A stretch of 64,000 bases of DNA from Squalus acanthias (lineage: Eukaryota). The stretch's first letter is position 1, and every line of letters begins with the position of its first letter. A program made the position numbers and the translations under genes. The notes under the pieces are model-generated. The model worked only from the letters and a program-made list of their open reading frames with translations. It made no database searches and was not told the origin of the DNA. Location: positions 30,196,001 through 30,260,000 of the forward strand of contig CM059433.1 in assembly GCA_030390025.1 (NCBI GenBank), given 5' to 3'. Below, in pieces: positions 50,201-62,770 of the stretch.

Positions 50201-51060
50201 CTTATCGGTATAGAACCAAAAATGCTAATCTGTGAACTTTGTCCTGATAGTTTGAAGCAGAAATAATCGGTATATCTGTACTCGTCAACTAGGATGCCAG
50301 TTCATGTTGCAATGTTATGATGACATGATTTCACTTGTGTGTTTTCTTGTACAACATACAGTATTTACAACCATGTCTTGCTGCTCTTAAATACTAATTA
50401 ACAATACAAGAAGCTGGTAGTATAACTTTTTAAGTAATTTTATTACTTCTGAATATTAGCCAAACAGATAGTTCTAGCATGAGCTACTATACATGTCAAA
50501 ATTGAAAAGTTTAAAAATCACAGCTCTTGCTGTTACTGTTGTCTGGGTTCTTTCCTAAAATAATGTACGCTTTGTAGGCAATTTGCAGTGGCGCACACTT
50601 ATGAATAATTATACAAAGGTATCATGTTCTTCTTCAAACCAGTTGTGGTTGTACATTTCTGAGGTTTTATGTTGTACTTCTATTTCAATCTATTAATTCC
50701 ATTCGCAGGAGTTGGCTGTTAACTATTGCACTGTTTTGATGCTTAAACGGGCAATCACTACAATGTAAGTGTTGTATTAAAATTTTAGATAAAGAGTGCA
50801 TTGAGAATAAAACTATACATTCAACTATATTTTGTAAAATTGTCACATTGTTATCTTTGTTGCTTCAACATTGTAGACTATTGCTTGTATACTACCTTTT
50901 TCTGTTTTATTCATCGATCTTTTTACTGATGAATCTCAGTGTAAATATTTTAAATGATGTTTTCATTGTAAATGACTATAAAAATGAATTTTCTTCACAT
51001 TATAGTTGTGTTCTGGTTTTAATGTCGCATATCCCCTAAGTGATTTTTCTCTCGAATAAA
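50201..51060 (+). terminator. PHF3 3' UTR with candidate polyadenylation signals
   Basis: AT-rich, repeat-free stretch after the stop codon; AATAAA at 50806-50811 and 51055-51060, the second followed by a GT-rich tract. Confidence 0.6.
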
Positions 51061-51309
51061 CCATATGATACAGCTAGCACGGGAAATGTATATCACTTTG
51101 TGGGGGTGGGGGTGGAGCTCCTGTTGTGTTTTGGTGTAAACTACATTGTTGGGCAGTTTAAGGGAACTATCCTATATCTTAGTTAATGCTATGACTGGGT
51201 GCTTAGTGCTAACATTGGGAAAGTACTTAATTTCTCACAATAGTAAGGATAGCATTGTAAAGTTAGGAAAAACAAATAGGTATGAATTAGGTTATGAGCT
51301 GAAGTAGAG

Positions 51310-51420
51310 CTGGCATTAATTTTAACCCTTGAGCTCCTCTTACAATCTGGCATTAATTTTAACTCTTTGAGCTCCTCTTACAATCTGGCATTAATTTTAA
51401 CCCTTTAAGCTTCTCTTATA
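51310..51420. repeat. Three tandem copies of a 37-38 bp unit
   Basis: CTGGCATTAATTTTAACCCTTGAGCTCCTCTTACAAT x3 with few changes. Confidence 0.95.
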
Positions 51421-52014
51421 GTCTTCTTAACAGTAAGATTACAAGGGTAGCAGTAAGAAACATCCCTTCCAGAATTGATACATAAAATATATCACACATG
51501 GACCGAGTTAACTTTTCAATGCTTACCATTTAATTGGATGGAAACATGATCTTTAAAGGCAGTTTTCAGGCTATGAAAATTACTTTTTCTTTAAAAAAAA
51601 ACTCGTTCCCATCTTAAAAACATTTAATTGCTAACTGGTTTCAAATTGGAAGACCATTGCAAACATAAATTACCCCATTAACATGGTCCTTATACTGTTA
51701 AATAGCAGCCCTAACTTACTGGGTTTAATTTGGTTTTGCAATTTCTTGACACTCATGGAGGTTGACGGCGAGCTCCATTTTTTTTCTTGCGCAACTCACG
51801 GCGTATCTCTTCTCGCTACAAGTTGCTGCATTTTGTGTTCCTTAATAACGGCATGCGCATTTAACTTGCTGTCATTTTGCCAACAAATTCTGGCCCAATA
51901 TCTGCGCCCTGCTTTCTTCCCAAATCTTGTATCTTCCTCTGCTTCAAATACTCAATTCTCCCTTAAAAGATGCAATGGCCTCCGCCTCAACCCCACCCTC
52001 CGGCAACAACAACA

Positions 52015-52825
52015 ACTTGTATTTATATAGCGCCTTTAACATAGTAAAACGTCCCACGGCGCTTCACAGGAGGATTATCAAACAAAATTGGACACCGAGC
52101 CACAAGAGATATTGGGACAGGTGACCAAAAGCTTGGAAAAAGAGTTAGGTTTTAAGGCGCATCTTAAAGGAGGAGAGAGAGGCGGAGAGATTTAGGGAGG
52201 GAATTCCAGAGCTTAGGGCCGAGGCAGCTGAAGGCAAGATCGCCAATGGTGGAGCGATTAAAATCAGGGATGCGCAAGAGGCCAGAATTGGAGAAGTGCA
52301 GAGCTTTCTGAGGGTTGTAGGGCTGGAGGCGGCTACAGATAGGGAGAGGCGAGGCCATGGAGGGATTTGAAAACAAGGATGAGAATTTTAAAATTGATGC
52401 GTTGCTAGACCGGGAGCCAATGTAGGTCACCAAGCACAGAAGTGATTGATGACCTGGATTTGGTGTGAGTTAAGATACGGGCAGCAGAGTTTGAATTTAG
52501 GGTGGAACATGAGAGGAGGGCCAGGAGTGCGTTGGAATAGTCGAGTCCAGTGGTGACAATGGCATGGATGAGGGTTTCAGCAGCAGATGAGCTGTGGCAC
52601 GGGTGGAATTGAGCGAAGTTACAGAGGTGGAAGCAGGCATTTTTGGTGATGTGTGGATATGTGGTTGGAAGATATCTCGGTGTCAAATATAACACCAGGT
52701 TTGTGAACGGTCTGGTTCAGCCTTTGGCAGTTGCCAGGGAGAGGGGTGGAGTCAGTGGCTAGGGAAAGGAGTTTGTGGCGGACACCGAAGACAATAGCTT
52801 TGGTCTTCCCAATATTTAGTTGGTG
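52015..52825 (-). mobile_element. L2-type LINE 3' fragment
   Basis: AAETLIHAIVTTGLDYSNALL...LHWLPV, AFSCLGPKLWNSLP; tail AGGCGCTATATAAATACAAG(TTG)n shared with the SINE tail. Confidence 0.85.
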
Positions 52826-52829
52826 GTGG

Positions 52830-54320
52830 GGGATTCAGTGATGGTCAGGCAGTTGAATGTCAAAGGGCGGTGGTTAGACTCTTGTTGGAGACAGTCATTG
52901 CCTGGCACTTGTGTGGCGCGAATGTTACTTGCCACTTAATGTCATCCAGGTCTTGCTGCATGTTGGCATGGACTGCTTCATTATCTGAGGAGTTGCGAAT
53001 GGAACTGAACACTGCACTCATCAGCGAACAGCCCCACTTCTGACCTTATGATGGAGGGAAGGTCATTGATGAAGATATAGTAGCATGGATAGAGGATTGG
53101 TTACTGGACAGAAAACAGAGAGTAGGGATAAACGGATCATTTTCAGGTTGGAAGGCTCAGTATTGGGGCCTCAGCTATTTACAATCTATATTAATGACCT
53201 AGATGAAGGGACCAAGTGTAATGTATCCAAGTTTGCTGACGATACAAAGCTAGGTGGGACAGTAAGCTGTGAGGAGAACACAAAGAGTCTGCAAAGAGAT
53301 ATAGATAGACTAAGTGAGTGGGCAGTAAGGTGGCAGATGGAGTATAATGTAGGGAAATGTGAGGTTATTCACTTTAGTAGGAAGAATAGAAAAACAGAAT
53401 TTTTTTAAATGGTGAGAAACTTTCAAATGTTGGTGTTCAGAGAGATTTAGGTGTCCTCGTGCAAGAAATATAGAAAGCTGGCATGCAGGTACAGCAAGCA
53501 GTAAGGAAGGCAAATGGCATTTTGGCCTTTATTGCAATGGGGTTGGATTATAAGAGTAAGGAAGTCTTGCAACAATTGTACAGGGCCTTGGTGAGACCAC
53601 AGCTGGAGTACTGTGCACAGTTTTGGTCTCCTTATCTAAGGAAGGATATACTTGCCTTGGAGGCGGTGCAACGAAGGTTCACTAGATTGATTCTTGGGAT
53701 GAGAGGGCTGTCCTATGATGAGAGATTGTGTAGAATGGGCCTATACTTTCTGGAGTTTAGAAGAATGGGAGGTTATCTCATTGAAACATACAAGATTCTG
53801 AAGGGGATTGACAGGGTAGATGCAGAGAAGTTGTTTCCCCTGGCTGGAGTGTCTATAACTAGGGGGCATAGTCTCAGGATAAGGGGTAGGCCATTTAAGA
53901 CTGAGATGAGGGATTTCTTCACTCAGAGGGTTGTGAATCTTTGGAATTCTCTGCCCCAGAGGGCTGTGAATGCTGAGTCTTTGAGTATATTCAAGGTTGA
54001 GATAGATAGATTTTTGGACTCTAGGGGGAATCAAGGGATATGGAGATTGGGCGGGAAAGTGGAGTTGAGGTCAATGATCAGCCATGATCTTATTGAATGG
54101 GGGAGCAGGCTCGAGGGGCCGTATGGCCTACTCCTACTCTTATTTCTTATGTTCTTAAGCAGCTGAAGATGCTTGGGCCTCGGACACTGCCCTGAGGAAC
54201 TCCTGCAGCGATGTCCTGGGGCTGTGATGATTGGCCTCCAACAACCACAACCCATCTTCCTTTGTGCTAGGTATGACTCCAGCCAGTGGAGAGTTTTCCC
54301 CCTGATTCCCATTGACTTCT
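52830..54320 (-). mobile_element. Second-family LINE fragment split by the CR1 at 53075-54156
   Basis: GGTCATTGATGAAG | CR1 | AAGCAGCTGAAG; uninterrupted site seen near 55950-55970. Confidence 0.8.
53075..54156 (+). mobile_element. Young 5'-truncated CR1 LINE
   Basis: SKFADDTKLGG...RPQLEYCAQFWSP; TTCTTATG tail; AAG duplicated at the junctions. Confidence 0.93.
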
Positions 54321-55065
54321 CCACAGATGTTGCCTGACCTGAGTATTTTCAGCATCCTCTGTTTATATTTCTATTAAATCTGTTCTGGCTGTCCTTAATT
54401 AAGCTGTGTATTCTTAAATGGTTACTAGTTCCATCTCGAATTATGATACCTAAGAATTTCCCCACAATTGACATTAGACTACCTGGTTTGTCCTTCTCGT
54501 CCTTCTTGAACAAGGTATTACATCCAAGCTTATGCTGAACCAAATGCCTTCTCACCCTTCCCCTCCAAAATATAATTGTTTTAATGTCTGCAGTCTTTGG
54601 TTATTGAATCATAGAATTTATTGCACAAGAGGAGGCCATTCAGTCCATCGCACCAAGACCAACGCTAGCTCCACAACTGGAGCTGTCCACTCTAATCCAA
54701 TTTCCCTTATCTTTCCCTGTATGTGTTTATATTCTTTTCAAATACTCATTCAAGTGATGTTATATTCTCTGATGTACCAATCAACTGTGAATCTGTGAAC
54801 AGAGGAACATATGCAGTATAACAAATCACCTTTCAAACTTTGACATGGTCTTAAAGAAAAAAAATATTTGATTCAAAAATAATCTGTAGCCTATGTAGAT
54901 GAAATATTCAAGCAGTTTTTATACTGTCATGTCAGAGAAAAGTTATAACTTCTATTACTAATTCTAATTACTAATTCTTATTAATCAGAGTATTTAGTTG
55001 AGTGAAATGGTTCCCATTTAATACATTTTATGCTCTAGATAAGCAACGTTATTTATAATAAAAAT

Positions 55066-56848
55066 TAATTCATGGGATGTGGGCGTCACTGGCAAGGCTA
55101 GCATGTATAACCCATTTCTAATTGCCCTTGAGAAGGTGGTGGTGGGCCACCTTCTTGAACCGCTGCAGTTCGTGTGGTGAAGGTACTTCCACAGTGCTTT
55201 TAGCGGGGGGGGGGGGGGGAGTTCCACGATTTTGACCCAGCAACGATGAAGGAATGGCAATATATTTCCAAGTCAGGATGGTGTGTGACTTGGAGGGGAA
55301 CCTGGAAGTGGTGGTGTTCCCATGCGCCTGCTGCCCTTATCCTTCTAGGTGGTAGAGCTCACAGATTTGGGAGGTGCTGCAGTGCAACTTTTAGATGGTA
55401 CACACTGCAGCCACGGTGGTGAAGGGAGTGAATGTTTTAGCTGGTGGATGGGGTGCCAATCAAACAGGCTGGGCTGCTTTGTCCTGTATGGTGTTGAGCT
55501 TCTTGAGTGTTGTTGGAGCTCCACTCATCTAGGCAAGTGGAGAGTATTCCATCACACTCCTTGTGCCTTGTAGGTGGTGGGTAGGGTTTGGGGAGTCAGG
55601 AGATGAGTCACTCACCACAGAATACCTAGCCTCTGACCTGCTCTTGTATCTACAGTATTTATGTGGCTGGTCCAGTTAAGTTTCTGGTCAATGGTGTGAC
55701 CCCAGGATATTGATGGCAATGTCGTTGAATGTCAAGGGGCGATGGTTAGACTCTCTCTTGGAGATGGTCATTTCCTGGCACTGGTGTGGTGCAAATGTTA
55801 CTTGCCACTTATCAGCCCAAGCCTGAATGTTGTCCAGGTCTAGCTATATGCAGGCACAGATTGCTTATTATCTGAGGAGATACGAATGGAACTGAACACT
55901 GCAATCATCAGCAAACATCCCCACTTCTGACCCTATGATGGAGGGAAGGTCATTGATGAAGCAGCTGAAAATGGTTGGGTCTTGGACACTGCCCTGAGGA
56001 ACTCCAGCAGCGATGTCCTGGGGCTGAGATGATTGGCCTCCAACAACCACAACCACCTTTTTTGTGCTAGGTATGACTCCAGCCAGTGGAGAGTTCTCCC
56101 CCTGATTCCCATTCATTTTAATTTTACCAGGGTTTATTGGTGCCACACTTAGTCAAATGCTGTCTTGACATTAAGGACAGTCACTCTCACCCCACCTCTG
56201 GAATTCTGCTCTTTTGTCCATGTTTGGACCAAGGCTGTAATGAGGTCTGGAGCCGAGTGGTCCTGGCGGAACCCAAATTGAACATCGAGGAGCAGGTTAT
56301 TGGTAAGTACCGCTTGATAGCACTTCCATCACTTGGCTTATGATTGAGAGCAGGCTGATGGGATGGTAATTGGTTGGATTGGATTTGTCCTGTGTTTTCT
56401 GGATAGGACAATCTTCCGCATTGTCGGGTAGATGCCAGTGTTGTAGTTGCACTGGAACAGCTTGGCTAGAGGCGTGGCCAGTTCTGGAGCACAAGTCTTC
56501 AGCACTATTGCCGGGATGTTGTCAGGATTTGCTGTATCCAGTGCGCTCAGCCATTCTTGATATCGTGGAGTGAATCGAATTGGCTGAAGATTGGCTTCTG
56601 TGATGGTGGGGGACCTCAGGAGGAGGCTGAGATGGATCATCCACTCGGCACTTCTAGCTGAAGATGGTTGCAAACGCTTCAGCCTTGTCTTTTGCACTCA
56701 CGTGCTGGGCTCCGCCATCATTGAGGATGGGGATTTTCATGGAGCCTCCCCCTCCCATTAGTTGTTTAATTGTCCATCACCATTCATGACTGGATGTGTC
56801 AGGACTGCAGAGCTTTGATCTGATCCATTGGCTGTGGGATCGCTTAGC
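55066..56848 (-). mobile_element. CR1-group LINE, second family
   Basis: DNIPAIVLKTCAPELA, GVPQGSVQDP, MFADD; homologous to 20085-21823. Confidence 0.9.
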
Positions 56849-57368
56849 TATATCATTCAGCAGGGCGCAGCCTGGCATAACATTTAAGAAAAATAACCTA
56901 TTAAAAACTAAACAGGCGCTTATAATGGCGTGGTAGGGTTGTTATTCTGAAAGGACGAGATCAAATGGACTGAAATGAGCTCCATCACTGATTAAAGTAG
57001 AATTTTTGAAGTTCAAGTTTGGGCAATTTTATATTTCACAATTCCATAGAACAATATGTAAAAAGAAATGGAAACGTAACTAGCTGTAATGGGCACCACA
57101 GCACTTTCAGGCAATTTCGGTTCCCAGAGCAGTCACTGGAAATGATTCAGCTGTAGTTTGAAACTATTGTTATCTGGGGTTTGTAAAACTCAACAAAACT
57201 GTTTTAAGTATATGCCTAATTGTTGATTCAAATACATCATTTTGTCAGTGCACATCTTTACTTATAAATGGCTGGTAAAACGACACCATTATTAACAATG
57301 CTCCTTTAAGTGCTGCTTCTTCCTGCAGAAAGCCATGTTCTGAAAGTCAAATGGTTCCCTTGTTTCAT

Positions 57369-58121
57369 GGGGCAGATTTTGCTGTATCAGGGCATCTATA
57401 ACAGCATTAGTTAGACTTGCTCTTGCACATTTAGGTTTCTACATTTTTTGCATGGCAAGTTGCTGAAAGTGCGAGTTGATAGCATCACAGCGAGAGAAAC
57501 TGGGCAACTGGAACCTGAGTGAACAGGGAAAGCAACGGTGTATCTCCTTAACCAATGAGTGTGTAGGATTGTGAAATAAACAGTGCAAGGACTGAGAGGG
57601 AAGTGTTAATTAATATCAAATCAGGTACAGAAAGAGAAATAAAGAGAGGGAGTGAAAGATTGGATTAAGAGAGAAAAAAGCGAGAAAGGAAAAATAAATT
57701 TAATAGTTTACATTTTTAAAATCTCCAACAACAATTAATACCTGAAGGAATGAGACTCCACATTTAGTTAATAGTTAATTTTCAGTGCCAGAGAGGTAGT
57801 TTGGCAGTAATTAACACTTAACACGTCGTTAAAAAGGTACACTTGAAATTGCAACACTTCACTTTCTGTAGCAGGTTTAGTTCGTACCTACCGTGCAAAT
57901 ACAGCAACTTCACGACATTCAATGCACGTCATTGGTGGGGCAAACAGCGAGATGCCGTTTTTGCGAAGCTAATGGCGGAGCAGCGCAACTTGGACAGCAA
58001 CTTTTGGAAACCTGCATTTAACTGCGCATGTGCCCCTCACCTGAAGTTGCTGTACCACTTGCGCATAAATAACGGCAACCTCCATTAGCCTCACCGTTAT
58101 GTTGACAACAAAATCTGTCCC
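57369..58121. mobile_element. Harbinger-type MITE, same family as 26798-27534, opposite orientation
   Basis: TIR GGGGCAGATTTT / AAAATCTGTCCC; interior is the reverse complement of the 26798 copy (e.g. CCATTAGCCTCACC, GCGAAGCTAATGGCGGAG). Confidence 0.85.
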
Positions 58122-58489
58122 AATATGTTTTCAACATACAAGTGTTCCTCTTCTGGCCCAGCATCAACTCCTTTCAACAGTTCTTCTAATGCATCACTTA
58201 GCATTGGACAATTGCAAAAGATCAGACATTTCAAAGGGTAGTAGAATTACACAATTACTGCCACGGCTTAAACAAAAACGCAAACATTTAAAACTATGTA
58301 ATTCTACTGATTGTGGTAAAAACTCTTAATCCAATATGGTCCAGTAATTGGTGTGGTGTTTGGGTGAGGTGTTGACCCTCAGTGTGGTGTTTAGGTAAGA
58401 TGTTGAGCTTGTCATCTGGAGTACTTGACATAATACAGCATTAATTCATTACCATTCAGAAAACTAACAAAACTTTCCAATCCTGATTT

Positions 58490-58720
58490 CAAAGAAAGAA
58501 CCTGCATTTCTGTAGCGCCTTTCACGACCGTTGGATGTCCCAAAAGTGATTCACAGTCAATGAAGTACTTTTGAAGTGTAGTCACTATGTCAGAAATGCG
58601 GCAGCCAATTTGCGCACAGCAAACTCCCACAAACAGCAATGCAATAAATGATCAGATCCTTCATTTTAATGATGTTGGTTGAGGGATAAATGTTGGCCAG
58701 GTCTCCGGGGAGAACCCCCT
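58490..58720 (-). mobile_element. SINE 3' half, same family as 6973-7395
   Basis: Reverse complement gives CCTGGCCAACATTTATCCCTCAACCAACATCA...ACTACACTTCAAAAGTACTTCATTG...GAAAGGCGCTAC. Confidence 0.8.
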
Positions 58721-59181
58721 GGCTTAGCTAAACTAACACAGCACAGACCCAGGTTCAAACCTGGGACCTTTCTTGGTCTGTACTAGCTGAGTACCACATT
58801 GTGTGATGGGTTTACCGAAGTACCCATCAGCAAGTACAGTGTTACTGCTGTTCAAGTGATACCAAAGTCATATAATTTCCATAGATCGCTGGATCATTAT
58901 CTAGAAGTCGTTAATTTAAAATCATTACCAAAGTAACAAAGGGAGAGAGATCAGGAGACATTTGTTTTATGCAGAGGGTAGTTAGGATAATGGAATGCTC
59001 TACCAGAAACAATGGTGGAAGAAGAATCCATAAAGAGCTTTTAAATGGGAATTGAATAAGTATTTAGAGAAAGGGCAGGCGAATGAGCCAATGTGGGTAG
59101 CTCTCCGAGAGCAGCACGGTGGGCTTAATACGCCATGAGATTCTAATTCGATGACTTTCTTTCCTGATACACTGAAGATTT

Positions 59182-59562
59182 TAAGAAAATAAGAATTAGG
59201 AGCAGGAGTAGGCCATCCACCATTCAATAAGATCATGGCTGATCATCGACCTCAACTCCACTTTCCCGCTCAATCCCCATATCCCTTGATTCCCCGAGAG
59301 TCTAAAAATCTATCTAGCTCAGCCTGGAATATATTCAATGATTCCGCATCCACAGTCCTTTGGGGTAGAGAATTCCAAAGATTCACAACCCTCTGAGTGA
59401 AGAAATTCCTCCTCATCTCAGTCTTAAATGGCCGACCCCTTAGCCTGAGACTGTGACCCCTGGTCCTAGATTCTCCAGCCAGGGGAAACAACCTCTCAGC
59501 ATCTAGCCTGTCAATCCCCCTCAAAATCTTATATGTTTCAATGAGATCACCTCTCATTCTTC
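59182..59562 (-). mobile_element. CR1 3' fragment
   Basis: RGDLIETYKILRG...FFTQRVVNLWNSLP. Confidence 0.9.
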
Positions 59563-60988
59563 TTGCTGGAGTCTTGCTAGAAGCAAGAATGGCAGGAGAG
59601 ATAAGGCTACAAACCCTGTAGCCCCAATTTTCTGAGGTGCACTAGCCCAGAGGTGAGCCTGTACCCTGGGAGTGAAACCGTGCAAAATCACCCCCATCAT
59701 GTCGAGTTTATTCAGTTCCACGTGCTGATGAAAATGAGACCATGAGCCTACATTCAGTTTATTTCTACTAAACGTCTTTATTTAAACCAAATAACTGACA
59801 AAATAGCATCTTTAAATACAGTACAGCAGTTGCTACAAAATAAATCCATTCAGCACAAAAAAACTCGAGATATATTAAGATGGATCATGGCATTTATACC
59901 TTCATAAACGCGAATAATGTCCAAATCTAGTTCTCAGTTTAAAAAGAAATCTCCAGTGGTTACTGTCAATGACACCCTTGAAGCAGAGTTTTGAATTTTT
60001 GGGTCAAAGAAATCAGGCAAAAAAACACAAAGCTAAATGCCTCTGAATGTATAATGACACCATTCAATCATTCTTCAAAGTAAAACACAAATGCTTCAAA
60101 AATATGGTTTATACAGACTATTAAATATTGATGCTTTACATCTTAATGTTGAGTTCCTCAATGTCATGAATGGGGAAGTTCCACACCACACACTCCCCTC
60201 ACTTGTGACCCCTGGTCAACAGCTTCAAGTATTATTTATATCCAGTCACGTAGCAAACATTTCTATCTAGCTGTCAGCAGTAGTTCAAGTGTAACTAATG
60301 TAAATATCACTACAATTATAGCCAACAGGCTTAAAAATTGTATACACATCAGATAGTAACTGTCTTATGATAGTTATTTGAACTAATAACTTAATTAATC
60401 CTAAAAGACATATCAGGAGTTCGGTCCGAGTACTGCAAAAAATATTCTTTCAACCATCTAACCTACATATGTCTCACGCCTTAATCTAGGCCTTGCATCA
60501 TTTAGAATTTAGGCTGCTTCTAATTAAAATGAGCAGAGGTTTTGAGTTTGCTGTAAATTCCTTTGTAAAGGCAGCCAGCAATTAAAATACATTTATAATG
60601 AGAATTTAGTTAACATTATGACTGAATTCAACACGTAAAAGCAGCTGTCGGACACCTCAATGATATTGAACCTGTATTCAAAGCAGATTTCCTTTACGTA
60701 TATATGCCGCTTTTTTCTATAACAATTCTTTTCAAAATGAAACGCTAGTTATTTGCAATTCCATAAGTATTGAATGTCTCTTTGGGGGAAAAAAAGCTGC
60801 ATCATTGGGGAGTAGAAATCTGGCTTTGGCACATGATGGCGTGCCAATAACCTCCTACACTGAGCTTTCTCTTATCAATGATCGCCAAGTTGACATCTGT
60901 CGTTCATGATTGGCAAATATCAGACCTAAGATCAAGATAATGGATAAAATATAAATTGCCTGTGTCAACTTGCTTAGTTGGTAGCATT

Positions 60989-62075
60989 CAGAGAGGGAGC
61001 AGCACTGAGAGGGCGCAGCGATGAGAGGGCGCAGCGATGAGAGGGCGCAGTATTGCGAGGGTGCAGCGATGAGAGGGTGCAGCGATGAGAGGGTGCAGCA
61101 CTGAGAGGGAGCAGCACTGAGAGGGCGCAGTATTGAGAGGGTGCAGCACTGAGAGGGCGCAGCACTGAGAGGGTGCAGCGATGAGAGGGTGCAGTACTGA
61201 GAGGGTGCAGCGATGAGAGGGAGCAGCGATGAGAGGGTGCAGCACAGAGGGAGCAGCGATGAGAGGGCGCAGTACTGAGAGGGCGCAGTATTGAGAGGGT
61301 GCAGCGATGAGAGGGTGCAGTACTGAGAGGGTGCAGCGATGAGAGGGTGCAGTATTGAGAGGGTGCAGCACTGAGAGGGTGCAGCGATGAGAGGGTGCAG
61401 TACTGAGAGGGTGCAGCACTGAGAGGGTGCAGCACTGAGAGGGTGCAGCACTGAGAGGGTGCAACACTGAGAGGGTGCAGCGCTCTGAGGGTGCAGCACT
61501 GAGAGGGTGCAGCACTGAGAGGGTGCAGCACTGAGAGGGTGCAACACTGAGAGGGTACAGCACTGAGAGGGTGCAACACTGAGAGAGCGCAGCACTGAGA
61601 GGGTGCAGCACTGAGAGGGTACAGCACTGAGAGGGTGCAGCACTGAGAGGGTGCAGCACTGAGAGGGCGCAGCACTGAGAGGGCGCAGCACTGAGAGAGC
61701 GCAGCACTGAGAGGGTGCAGGACTGAGAGGTTGCAGCACTGAGAGGGTGCAACACTGGGCGCAGCACTGAGAGGGCACAGCACTGAGAGAGCGCAGCACT
61801 GAGAGGGTGCAGGACTGAGAGGTTGCAGCACTGAGAGGGTGCAACACTGGGCGCAGCACTGAGAGGGCACAGCACTGAGAGAGCGCAGCACTGGGAGGGC
61901 GCAGCACTGAGAGGGCACAGTACTGAGGGTGCAGCACTGAGAGGGTGCAGCATTGAGAGGGTGCAGGACTGAGAGGTTGCAGCACTGAGAGGGCGCAGCA
62001 CTGAGAAGGTGCAATACTGAGAGTGTGCAGTACTCTGAGGGCGCAGTACTGAAAGGGTGCCGTATTGAGAGGTTG
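60989..62075. repeat. 16-bp minisatellite (GCAGCACTGAGAGGGT)n, roughly 65-70 units
   Basis: Directly visible tandem array with variants GCAGCGATGA, GCAGTATTGA and GCAACACTGA. Confidence 0.97.
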
Positions 62076-62305
62076 CTGCATTGTTGAAGATGCCAACCTT
62101 CAGTTGAGAAGTTGAATCAAGTCCCATTTGCCTGTGCACGTGGACGTTAAGGTTTCTACTGCACTACTTGAAGAGGAGGAATAGGTTAAGGAAATTAACT
62201 GGTCATTCACCTTATGCCATGGGACATTACTGACTGCATAAGAACAGTGACGGCGTTCCATGAAGCCGTGAGATGTATCAGCAATGTGATAAGCAATGAT
62301 ATCAG

Positions 62306-62770
62306 AACTGAGAGGTGATACCTATCAGGAAAGATTGAACAGGCTGGGGCTCCTTTCTCTAGAAAAGAGAAAGCTGAGGGGTGACCTGATAGAGGGCTTT
62401 ACAAGTATGAAGGGGTTTGATAAGGTAGACGTAGAGAAGATGTTTCCACTTGTGGGGGGAGACCAAAACTAGGGACCATAAATATAAGATAGTCACTAAT
62501 AAATCCAATAGGGAATTCAGGAGAAACTTCTTTACCCAGAGAGTGGACAGAATATGGCACTCACTACCACAATGAGCAGTTGAGGCGAACAGAATAGATG
62601 CATTTAACGAGATGCTAAATAAACACATGAGAGAGAAAGGAACAGAAGGTTATGCTGATAGGAATGAGATGAAGTAGGGTGGGAGGAGGCTTGTGTGGAG
62701 CATAAACACTGGCATGGAGCAGTTGGGCCAAATGGACCGTTTCTGTACTGTACATTCTACGTAATTCTAT
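62306..62770 (+). mobile_element. CR1 3' fragment
   Basis: TATCAGGAAAGATTGAACAGGCTGGGG...CTGAGGGGTGACCTGATAGAG (ERLNRLGL..LRGDLIE); ATTCTA tail. Confidence 0.85.

Noticed and set aside
49518..50213. 231-aa alternative-frame ORF and antisense ORFs within the PHF3 last exon
   Set aside because: By-product of the purine-rich RD/RE-coding low-complexity sequence
60989..62075. CRISPR-like array
   Set aside because: Contiguous tandem units with no unique spacers, no cas genes, and a eukaryotic context
60855..62139. Three long Cys/Ser/Leu-rich ORFs (346-413 aa) on the minus strand
   Set aside because: All three frames are open only because the 16-bp repeat has no stop codon on that strand; there is no gene context
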